Origin: Erythrobacter sp.
GTDB taxonomy: Bacteria; Pseudomonadota; Alphaproteobacteria; Sphingomonadales; Sphingomonadaceae
Reading direction: 5' to 3'
Assembly (NCBI RefSeq): GCF_040217515.1
Contig: NZ_JAVJPT010000005.1
Coordinates: 30,576 to 94,575 of the forward strand
Length of the DNA stretch: 64,000 nt
The position numbers and the translations under genes are program-made. Of the stretch, positions 27,829-36,254 are shown piece after piece; positions within the stretch are counted from its first letter, which is position 1, and each line of letters opens with the position of its first letter. The notes under the pieces are model-generated. The model saw only the letters and a list, made by a program, of their open reading frames with translations. It was not told the origin of the DNA and ran no database searches.

Positions 27829-28755
27829 GCTCGAATTGGGTGCTAGCAGTTTGCGGGTACGGCGCGAGTCCCGAAGGCCCTTGGCTCCGTGTTGGTCCAG
27901 GGATTGTCCGAAATTGCGAGATCGTGGTCCGGGCCAAGACCGGCGGGCACCCGGGGGCCTCAGTCTGCACTTACCCGCTTATCGGGCTCCCCGTTTCCTC
28001 AGGAAAGTCGGACCATCGGTCCGGGTACGCGGCCTTGGCAATCGCCTCTGCCTCGTTCTGCGCACTGATGGTGTGCTCTTGCGAACCCCCCCGTCTTCTT
28101 CATGTCGCCCATTTTCGCCGGGACCGCCCGCCGAACGAACGTGTCCAACGCTAGGTGACACCCTCGTCGATAGCAATACGAGGCATCTTAAACACGAGGT
28201 ACCGTGTGGGCGCGTCGCGACACGTGGTATCGGCCAAAGCCTCAGATTTCCGCCACGCGCCAGCGGCGCACTCGGCCAGTGTTGAAACGCGACGCATCTT
28301 GCATGTTGCATGCTCGCGCAGGCGCAGGCGCAAGCGCGGTAGCGGCTCTCTGAAGCAGGACCGTTGCTGTCAACTGTTCGGCTTGTGAACGCCAGAGTGG
28401 TGCCGCAGCAGCCCGTTGTTTTTCTCAAAGCATAAACATCGCCCAAGCGTTCTTTTCCAACGTTGAAGACGAGCTGCAGTGCTGGAAAGCGCTAGTCTTG
28501 GCAACCTCCGGGCGATGGGGCCAAGGCAGTCTGCCGACGCTTGGAACCTATCCGGGATTAAAGGTTGCAAGTGGCGCATTACCGCGCCCTCGCGGGTGCA
28601 GCAACATCGCCATCGGTGCGCGCAAAGCCAAGGCTGGCAAAATTGCAACAATCTTACGCGGATGATGTCTCCGGCATTACGATCTGGTGAAACGTTCTTG
28701 ACACGCTTCGAGCCCGCATCAATCCTGACGCAGTGCAGCAAAGACAGGGGCAGCC

Positions 28756-31700
28756 ATGACATTCACGAAGCTTTCTTCTCACGCTCTTCTCCTCGCCGCA
28801 GCGAGCGCGCTCCCGCAGGCGGCGCTCGCGCAGCAGGCTCCCGACAGCGATGGGCAATCCGACGATCAGGTCTCGATGGATGGCGCGATCGTTGTCACCG
28901 GCTCGCGCATCGCGACCGATTCCACCACTTCGCTGGCGAGCCCCGTGCAGGTCATCACCGCCGAACAGTTCAGGAATTCGGGCGAGATCAACGTCGCCCA
29001 GACCCTTCGCGAGATCCCGGCGCTGCAGGGCTCGGACCCTGCAACCCTGTCGAGCGCACAGGACCTTGCGCTGACCGGGGCGAGCACTCTCAACCTGCGC
29101 CAGCTCGGCACCAACCGGACCCTCGTGCTGCAGGACGGGCGCCGCCATGTCCCGGGCATCGCCGGAACCGCGACAGTCGATGTCGGGTCGATCCCGCAGG
29201 CGCTGATCGGCAGCGTCGAGGTGCTCACCGGCGGCGCATCGGCGGTCTATGGCGCGGATGCGGTGTCGGGCGTGGTCAACTATGTCATGCGCACGGGCCG
29301 GGATTTCGACGGGCTCGAATATCGGCTGCAGACCGGGATCAGCGATGAAGGCGATGCGGAGGAATTCTACGGCTCGGTCGCGGGCGGCGGGACATTCCAG
29401 GACGGGCGCGGCAGCGCGGTCTTCGCTGTCGAGTATAGCCATTCGACCGCGGTCCTGAACGGAGACAGGCCGAATTTCGCAGGCCCCGGCTTTTCGTCGC
29501 TCAACCCGAGCAACCCGTTCCTCAACGACATCCTCGGGCTCGATCCGAATGCGGAGCAAGCTTTCGTTCCCGACCGCAGGCTCCCGGTTTCCAGCGCCGG
29601 CTCGACCATCGCCGTCGATCCGACGCCGTTCGCCTTCCCGTTCGGCCAGCTCCTCTCCTTCGTCAACAATTTCAACCCGGCGACCGATACCGTGCCGAAC
29701 ATTCCGGGCACCGACATTCCGGTGCTGCAAGTGATCGACGAGAACGGCAATGTGCGGGCCTTCAACCCCGGCATTTCGACCGGCGCCTTCAATGCGAGCG
29801 GGGGGGACGGCATTTTCATCCAGGGAACCGCACCCGGACTGACTCTCATTCCCGAGCTTACCCAGGTGACCGCAGCGGCCGGCTTCGATTACGAGATCAC
29901 GCCCACGCTCACATTCTTCGCGGATGCGAAGTTCTCATACACCGAGACATCCGACGTGTCGGGCATTCCGTTCTCCGACGACATCCCGATTGCGCTCGAC
30001 AACCCGTTCCTTCCGACGGCAATCCAGAACCAAATTCCGGTTCTCGACGCGCTCTTGCCCGGCGAGACGCCCAGCATTTTCGTAGCGCGCGACAATGTCG
30101 GCTCGGAAACCAATTCGGGGACCAGCCTCGAGCGTTCGACCATCCGAGCGACCGGCGGGCTGCGCTGGGAAGCGCCCGACAGCAATGTCTCCTTCGAGGC
30201 TTTCTATGCTTGGGGCCGGACCGAAGTCGACGACACGTTCCGCAATGCACGGATCAATGACCGCTATTTTACCGCGATCGATGCCGTCGCCCTGACCGAA
30301 GCGGATCTCGACGGCACAAATCCGAATGTCGCGTTTGGCCCGGGCGGCGTGGGCACGCTCAATGCAATCCGCAACGGCGAGGACATCGAGATCACGCCGG
30401 GCACCGCGCAGGTCGGCGATATCGTCTGCCGCTCGGAGCTGACCGGGCTTCCGGCTCCGGCTTCGCAATTCGTCGGTGGTCCGCCGCTGTTTGCGCCCGG
30501 GACGACAATCAACGGGGTCGATGTCGGCGGGCTCACCCGATCCGTTACCTTCCAGGTCGGCGACGGCTCCTGCGCACCGATCAACATTCTCGGGCCCAAC
30601 TCGATCGGCGGGGCCGGCGCAGACTTCGCTTTCATCGACCTGCTCGACAACACCGTGATCGAGCAGCAGCAATTCCTCGCCGTCCTTTCGGGCGATACGG
30701 GCCATTTCTTCGAACTGCCCGGCGGCCCGATCGGCTTTGCGGCGGGTTTCGAATATCGCCGCGACGAATCGCAGTTCACACGCGCCAACTTTTTCTCGAT
30801 CGAACCCAATGTCGTCACGAACAACAGTGTGCCGCTGTTCGATTCGCCGACCGACGGGCAGGGGATCAGCGTGTATGAAGGCTTCGGCGAAATCCGCCTG
30901 CCGCTGCTCGCGGACATGCCCTTCGTCAACCTTTTGGAAGTGACCGCCTCGGGCCGTATCTCCGACTACAACACGATCGGCACGACTGAGACCTATTCGT
31001 TCGGTGCGATCTATTCGCCGGTCGAATGGCTGACCTTCCGCGGCACCTATTCGCGCGCGGTGCGGGCGCCCAATATCGGTGAGCTCTTCGCGCCGCAGGG
31101 CGCCGCGTTCATCGGCGTGGATGCCGACCCGTGCGATGACGGCAATATCAACAACGGAAGCTCCAACCGGCCCGACAACTGCCAGCAATTCGTCGCTCCG
31201 GGCTTCGATTCGTCCGACTTCCTGACGGCATTTGTCACCGGGACCACGGGCGGCAACCCCAACCTGAACGAGGAGACGTCGGACAGCTTCACGATTGGCG
31301 GCATCTTCCAGCCGCGGGGAATTCTCGGCGGCGCGCTGGATGGGCTCACGCTGATCGTGGACTATTACGACATCGAGATCGAGGATGCTGTTGGCAGCCT
31401 CACCGGTGCCGCCATCGCCGCAGCTTGCGTGGATCTTCCCTCAATCGACAACCAGTTCTGCGACGCGATCCAGCGCGATCCGAACAATGGCGGTGCGATC
31501 TCGGGGTTCACTTCGGGCAATATCAACCTCGCCGTGCTCCGGGCGCGGGGTATCGACTTCGAAGCGCGTTACCGCTTCGACGCGCCCTTCGGCGGGAATC
31601 GCGACTGGGGCTTCTTCGAGCTGCGGGCCGCGGGCACGCGTTTCCTTGAAAGGTTCACCGAAAGCGATCCCGTGATCGGCCAGACGATCGCGGACGAACC

Positions 31701-32130
31701 CGATCCGCTCCAGCAGGAATTGCTGATCGCCGACCAGGCCACCGTGAGCGACCTGCTCGGCGTGATCGGCAACCCGGAGTGGATCGTCAATTTCGGGGTC
31801 AACTGGACGATGGATCGGCTGAGCATCGGCTGGCGCGGCCGCTTCGAGGATTCCGCGCTCCAGTTTTCGAACGCGGACGCGACCGACGTCGAGATCGTCG
31901 ATGGGGCGGTCGTCGTCTCGCCGAACGAAGGGCTGGCCGACCCGTCGCAGCTCACCACCGGCACCGGTTTCGAGCAGGACATAAATGTCAGCTATCGGAT
32001 CACCGACGACATCGAGGTCTTCGGCGGTATCAACAACCTGTTCGACGTCGAGCCCTTCCTCGGCAGCCTCGCGCGTCCGGTCAGCCCGCGCGGACGGTTC
32101 TTCTTCCTCGGCGTGTCGGGGAATTTCTGA
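28756..32130 (+). CDS. TonB-dependent receptor (1124 aa)
   Basis: Signal peptide, TonB-box-like AIVVTGSR, plug motifs (VEVLTGGASAVYGADAVSGVVNYV), long beta-barrel, C-terminal Phe. Confidence 0.93.
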   Translation: MTFTKLSSHALLLAAASALPQAALAQQAPDSDGQSDDQVSMDGAIVVTGSRIATDSTTSLASPVQVITAEQFRNSGEINVAQTLREIPALQGSDPATLSSAQDLALTGASTLNLRQLGTNRTLVLQDGRRHVPGIAGTATVDVGSIPQALIGSVEVLTGGASAVYGADAVSGVVNYVMRTGRDFDGLEYRLQTGISDEGDAEEFYGSVAGGGTFQDGRGSAVFAVEYSHSTAVLNGDRPNFAGPGFSSLNPSNPFLNDILGLDPNAEQAFVPDRRLPVSSAGSTIAVDPTPFAFPFGQLLSFVNNFNPATDTVPNIPGTDIPVLQVIDENGNVRAFNPGISTGAFNASGGDGIFIQGTAPGLTLIPELTQVTAAAGFDYEITPTLTFFADAKFSYTETSDVSGIPFSDDIPIALDNPFLPTAIQNQIPVLDALLPGETPSIFVARDNVGSETNSGTSLERSTIRATGGLRWEAPDSNVSFEAFYAWGRTEVDDTFRNARINDRYFTAIDAVALTEADLDGTNPNVAFGPGGVGTLNAIRNGEDIEITPGTAQVGDIVCRSELTGLPAPASQFVGGPPLFAPGTTINGVDVGGLTRSVTFQVGDGSCAPINILGPNSIGGAGADFAFIDLLDNTVIEQQQFLAVLSGDTGHFFELPGGPIGFAAGFEYRRDESQFTRANFFSIEPNVVTNNSVPLFDSPTDGQGISVYEGFGEIRLPLLADMPFVNLLEVTASGRISDYNTIGTTETYSFGAIYSPVEWLTFRGTYSRAVRAPNIGELFAPQGAAFIGVDADPCDDGNINNGSSNRPDNCQQFVAPGFDSSDFLTAFVTGTTGGNPNLNEETSDSFTIGGIFQPRGILGGALDGLTLIVDYYDIEIEDAVGSLTGAAIAAACVDLPSIDNQFCDAIQRDPNNGGAISGFTSGNINLAVLRARGIDFEARYRFDAPFGGNRDWGFFELRAAGTRFLERFTESDPVIGQTIADEPDPLQQELLIADQATVSDLLGVIGNPEWIVNFGVNWTMDRLSIGWRGRFEDSALQFSNADATDVEIVDGAVVVSPNEGLADPSQLTTGTGFEQDINVSYRITDDIEVFGGINNLFDVEPFLGSLARPVSPRGRFFFLGVSGNF

Positions 32131-32158
32131 GCCGGGCTAGCGCTCACGCAGACGCACG

Positions 32159-32196
32159 AAAAGGGCGCGAGCGGATATTCCGCCCGCGCCCTTTTT
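32159..32196. terminator. Bidirectional rho-independent terminator between convergent TBDR and M14 genes
   Basis: AAAAGGGCGCG...CGCGCCCTTTT is an 11-bp stem, extended by an inner GCGG/CCGC pair set. It is flanked by A- and T-tracts. Confidence 0.8.
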
Positions 32197-32240
32197 CCTG
32201 CCTGCAAGCCAGCCTTGGCCGGACGATAATCGTGCGATGG

Positions 32241-34880
32241 TCAGCGCATGCGCGATGGAGCGACCAGCACCGCATTTGCGATCAACAGGTCGAGCCCGTC
32301 GAGATAGGCCCTCGTCGAAGGATCATAGGCGAACCCGATCGTCAGCCCGTCTCCGCTCGGCTGAGCCATCAGGTAGGGCTTGAAGGCGAGCTGCCGACGG
32401 TTCTCCTCCCACACATAGCCGCTGGCGATCAGGCTGTCGGCCGCGGCGAAACGCAGGACATTGGTTCCTTCGTCGCGGTCCAGAGGGGTGAAAATCCGCG
32501 AACCACTCGCCAGCACCACGGCACCGTCATCGTAGCCTGCCGAGAGGAAATTCTCCGTGTCGGCGACCGTGTTGAGCAGGGCGCCCGGTAGCGTATCCGG
32601 CAGCGCCTCCTGGTCGGCGATGACGTCCCGATAGGCTTCTTCGTCCGCAATCTCGACCGCTTGGGCGAGGCTGCTGTCCGTTTCCTCCTCGTCCTTTTCA
32701 TCCTGCGGAGCGCGCCCGAGAGCGGCCTCGCGCTTGATCGAGAGCAGCGGGTCATCCCCGCCCGCTAAGGCACCCAGGCTGCCCTCGATGGCGACCAGCA
32801 CCCCGCCGCGCTCTACGAACTCCGCGAGAGTGCCGAGCCCGCTGTCACCGAGCTGTTCGCGCGGAGAGCCATCGGGGATCACGACCACGTCGTAATCGGC
32901 AAGATCGGCGCGGGCCAAGCGGTCCGTCCGGATCGGCACGACCGGAAGGCCGAGGCGTCGCTCGAGCACGAAGCGCATCGCCCCGGCGCTGAGCTGGGAA
33001 ATCCCCTCGTCCCACGCGAGCGCGACCCTGGGGAGGGTCAGCCGGACGAAGGCATCGCTGCCGAGATTGGGGCCATCCTCGACCCAGCTGTCGCCGAGCG
33101 CGACTGTTTCGGCTCCGGATTGGCTGGCCAGCACGCGCAGTCGCTGCATCTTTTCCGGAGTATTGTTCGCCGCCGGGAAGATCACCGTTCCGCGCGGGAA
33201 AATGCGGCCGCCCTTGGTGAAGGCCTCGTCGGTGATCCGCGCTTCGATCCCTTCGCGCAGGGCGAGCGCGACGAGGCGTGCCTGGCCACTATCGGTCCAC
33301 GGCACGGCGACTGCGAAATCGCCCGATCCGCTGGTGAGCGCAGTTATCGGCGCGCTACCTGCCAGCGCTTCTCCGGGCACGGCAGCGTTGCACAATTCGG
33401 CGCTGACACCGGACATCAGCGCAACGGACCAGGCGGTCACGTCGTATAGTTCATGCGGCAGGTCTTTCGCGCGCCGCCGTTCCTGTTCGGCAATGAACCC
33501 GCGCGGCAGTTCGGTATCGCGGTCAAGCAGGCTGCGCACGAGCTTGGCAGCGGGCTGTGCCTGCGGAACCGCGATGTAGCCTTGGGGATAAGAGCGCCCG
33601 CATGCAGTCGCCGGGCCGGACCGGCGGAGCACTTCTATGCCCTGCGCGGCGAGCCGTCGCCCGAGGCTTTCCGCATTCCAGCGGCGGCTTGCGAGGTCGA
33701 TGACATAGGCCCCGTCCCCGGCCTTTCCGCGCGTATTCGCAGCGCGGTAGGCAGCATAGTCGGCAAGGAAGCGATCGGAGTTCATCGCTACCGCTTCCGC
33801 TGTCGAGAGGCTGGCGACGAAGTGATTGCGTACCGCATCGGCATAGCTCAGCACGGTCCCGTCGCGGCGCTCCCAAACGAGGCCGCGCGGCGATCCCTGC
33901 TCGTAGGTCATGCCGATCGCACCCTGATGGGTGTTCCAGGTGTCGCCGTAGCCAGGATAGAACAGGTCATAGACCTCGCGGGTGAAATAAGGCTCGCCCA
34001 TCCGGTCGAAATATCCCGCATTGTTGCGGCCGATGAGTTCGTAGAGCCGCAATTGTTCGGGCGTGATGTTGGGATTTACCGGGTCGGCGGCGGGGGCGAA
34101 GAAATAGGTGTCGTCGCCGCTCATTTCGTGCAGGTCGACGACGACGACCGGGTTCCATTCCCCGATCGCTGCGACCTTCCCGCGCGTCTCCGGCTGGCTC
34201 AGCGTGAACCAGTCGCGATTGAGGTCGAACATGTAGTGATTGACCCTGCCGCTCGGCCAGGTTTCATCGTGCTCCGCCGCCTGCCGATCGCCGATCGGCA
34301 CCGTACCGAGCGCATCGCGGAAATGGTGGACGAACCGTGCGCGGCCATCCGGGTTCTGGACGGGATCGATGATCACCACCGTCTCGGACATGATCCTTTC
34401 CGCGCGCTCATCGGCCTTGGCGGCGAGCAGGTGATAGGCGGTCATCAGCGCCGCATCGGTCGAGGACACCTCGTTTCCGTGCACGCTATAGGCGAGCCAG
34501 GTGACGGGCAGCGCGTCGCCATTGCTTGGCCGACCGGCAGCGATATTGGCCATGTCCGCCCGGATGGCTTCTATCCGTGCCATATTTTGCGGCGCCGTCA
34601 GCACCAAATAGTGGAGCGGCCGACCCTGCCAGCTTGTCGCATAACGGACGAGCCGTGCTCGCTCCGGCGCAGCCTCGACCAAGGCCTTCAGATAGCTTTC
34701 GGTCTCTTCGGGCGAGGTGATCCTGCGTCCCGGCTCGTGCCCGACGATCTCGCTCAGGGTGGGAATGGCAGGGTCGAACTCCGCCTCGAGGAAGGACTGG
34801 GCGAGCGCGCTCCCGCCGATTGCGAAGCTGCAGAGCATAGCTGTGCATGCCGCGGCAACGCGGCGCCAAATCACGACCAT
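32241..34880 (-). CDS. Secreted M14-family zinc carboxypeptidase with large C-terminal extension (879 aa)
   Basis: Signal peptide (...GGSALAQS). M14 zinc motif HGNE (SVHGNEVSS) and a downstream DLHEM His. Confidence 0.85.
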   Translation of the reverse strand: MVVIWRRVAAACTAMLCSFAIGGSALAQSFLEAEFDPAIPTLSEIVGHEPGRRITSPEETESYLKALVEAAPERARLVRYATSWQGRPLHYLVLTAPQNMARIEAIRADMANIAAGRPSNGDALPVTWLAYSVHGNEVSSTDAALMTAYHLLAAKADERAERIMSETVVIIDPVQNPDGRARFVHHFRDALGTVPIGDRQAAEHDETWPSGRVNHYMFDLNRDWFTLSQPETRGKVAAIGEWNPVVVVDLHEMSGDDTYFFAPAADPVNPNITPEQLRLYELIGRNNAGYFDRMGEPYFTREVYDLFYPGYGDTWNTHQGAIGMTYEQGSPRGLVWERRDGTVLSYADAVRNHFVASLSTAEAVAMNSDRFLADYAAYRAANTRGKAGDGAYVIDLASRRWNAESLGRRLAAQGIEVLRRSGPATACGRSYPQGYIAVPQAQPAAKLVRSLLDRDTELPRGFIAEQERRRAKDLPHELYDVTAWSVALMSGVSAELCNAAVPGEALAGSAPITALTSGSGDFAVAVPWTDSGQARLVALALREGIEARITDEAFTKGGRIFPRGTVIFPAANNTPEKMQRLRVLASQSGAETVALGDSWVEDGPNLGSDAFVRLTLPRVALAWDEGISQLSAGAMRFVLERRLGLPVVPIRTDRLARADLADYDVVVIPDGSPREQLGDSGLGTLAEFVERGGVLVAIEGSLGALAGGDDPLLSIKREAALGRAPQDEKDEEETDSSLAQAVEIADEEAYRDVIADQEALPDTLPGALLNTVADTENFLSAGYDDGAVVLASGSRIFTPLDRDEGTNVLRFAAADSLIASGYVWEENRRQLAFKPYLMAQPSGDGLTIGFAYDPSTRAYLDGLDLLIANAVLVAPSRMR

Positions 34881-34997
34881 TTTCTTGTCCCCGATTGTCC
34901 TCTTCGAATGCTCAAGCGTTCGAATAAACGTCTCCGCAGGTCAAGTGGGCCGGTCAGGTCTGCCCCAATTCGCGCACACTGGCACGGCGCGCGCGGA

Positions 34998-36230
34998 TCA
35001 TTCCTCATAGCCCTCGAAGACGAAGCGCTGGACGCGGCGGCCGGTGTTCACCTCGCTCGTGTAGACGTTCCCCTCGCTGTCGACATCGACACTGTGGAGC
35101 CAGATGAATTGCCCGGGATAGCGGCCGTTGCGACCAAACCAGCCGACGATCTCGTGATCCGCGCGGGTCAGGATCCAGACTCGCCCATTCATCATGTCGG
35201 CGACATAGACATAGGTGCCGTCCGGGCTGAAGGCGACATCGCTCGCGGTGCGGGTTCCTCCGGTTTCGGGCGCGATCACGACATTCTCTAGGAATTCGAT
35301 CCCGTCGGGGCCTTCGCGGAAGACCTGCACCCGGTTGTTGCGGCGGTCGCAGACATAGACGGTGTCCTCCGGCCCGCGCACCACACAATGGACCATCGGC
35401 TCGAAATCCCCGGCTTGCGGGTCCGGCCCGCCCTCGGCGGTGCTTGTGGCCATCGACTGGTCGAAAGCTCCGCCGCGCGTGCCCGAGCCCGGTTCTGTCC
35501 CATAGGCGCCCCAGAGTTGTTCGAAGGATAGGTCCTCGCTCGCGAATGCGATCACTCGGGTGTTGGTGTAGCCGTCTGCGACCAGAACGCTCTTGCCGTC
35601 GTGCGCTATGTCGGCTGGATTACCGAGATAGGTCTCGGACAGGTTTCCTTTAGTCACCTGCCGCCGTCCGATCTGGCGGATGAATTCGCCGTCCTGCGTG
35701 AAATTGAGCACGACGTGATCGCCGTTACCGTTACCGCCGATCCAGACCGTGCCCGCCTCATCGACGTAGAGGCCGTGGACATTGGCGGGCCACTGTTCGT
35801 CGCCTTCTTCGACCCGGTCACGTCCTTCGCCGGTAAAGGCACTTTCGCCGGGCGCAAGGGCTGGACCGCCCCAACTGCGCAGGAGATTGCCGTCGCTGTC
35901 GAACTGGAGGACGTGCGGCGGCGCCTTGCAACAGGCGGCGGTCAGCGGCGGATCGTTCTCCCGACCGATTTCGGTCGGGTTGAGCGAATTGGGCCGCGTG
36001 AGGATCCAGATCGTGTCGTCGCTCGCTACCGCAAGGCCCGGAACCTGTCCCAGGATCAGGTCGCCGGGCAGTTTCGGCCAGCTCGCATCCACTTTGAAGG
36101 TGGGAAGCGGGACACCCTCCTTCACCCGCCCGTTTTCCACCTCGACCATTGCATCGGGGCCCGATCGTGCGGCGATGGCGCCGGGCATAAGGGCGAGAGC
36201 GCCTGCTAGCGCGATAATGGCTGCTTTCAT
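34998..36230 (-). CDS. Secreted six-bladed NHL beta-propeller, PAL-like (peptidyl-alpha-hydroxyglycine alpha-amidating lyase-like)
   Basis: Signal peptide MKAAIIALAGALALMPGAIAA. Motifs VHGL, ADGYTNTRVIAF, MVHC, VCDRRNNRVQVF and WLHS are colinear with mammalian PAL motifs PHGL, SDGYCNSRIVQF, VPHS, VADRENGRIQCF and MPHD. GAGGA Shine-Dalgarno. Confidence 0.75.
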   Translation of the reverse strand: MKAAIIALAGALALMPGAIAARSGPDAMVEVENGRVKEGVPLPTFKVDASWPKLPGDLILGQVPGLAVASDDTIWILTRPNSLNPTEIGRENDPPLTAACCKAPPHVLQFDSDGNLLRSWGGPALAPGESAFTGEGRDRVEEGDEQWPANVHGLYVDEAGTVWIGGNGNGDHVVLNFTQDGEFIRQIGRRQVTKGNLSETYLGNPADIAHDGKSVLVADGYTNTRVIAFASEDLSFEQLWGAYGTEPGSGTRGGAFDQSMATSTAEGGPDPQAGDFEPMVHCVVRGPEDTVYVCDRRNNRVQVFREGPDGIEFLENVVIAPETGGTRTASDVAFSPDGTYVYVADMMNGRVWILTRADHEIVGWFGRNGRYPGQFIWLHSVDVDSEGNVYTSEVNTGRRVQRFVFEGYEE

Positions 36231-36254
36231 CTTGTCCTCTTCCCGCGGGCGCAT

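Noticed and set aside
27979-28446. 155-aa ORF in the T1SS-TBDR gap, Cys-rich at its N-terminus (TTGCCG...ACACACA), considered as a possible secreted or RiPP-like T1SS substrate.
   Set aside because: It has a TTG start without a Shine-Dalgarno, mixed third-position composition and an Arg-rich tail. The Cys run derives from a GCCTGC-type DNA repeat, and there is no glycine-rich or C-terminal secretion motif. The region is kept only as part of the unexplained-gap finding.
28440-28755. Possible riboswitch (for example cobalamin) in the leader of the TonB-dependent receptor.
   Set aside because: I could not find a B12-box-like element or any other riboswitch core motif by eye. A sigma-70-like promoter candidate only about 30 nt upstream of the ATG would leave no room for one. 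An Infernal/Rfam scan is needed to settle it.
34980-34996. TGGCAC hexamer resembling a sigma-54 -24 element.
   Set aside because: The -12 position reads GCGCG rather than TTGC. The site also faces the 3' end of the PAL-like gene, with nothing to transcribe.
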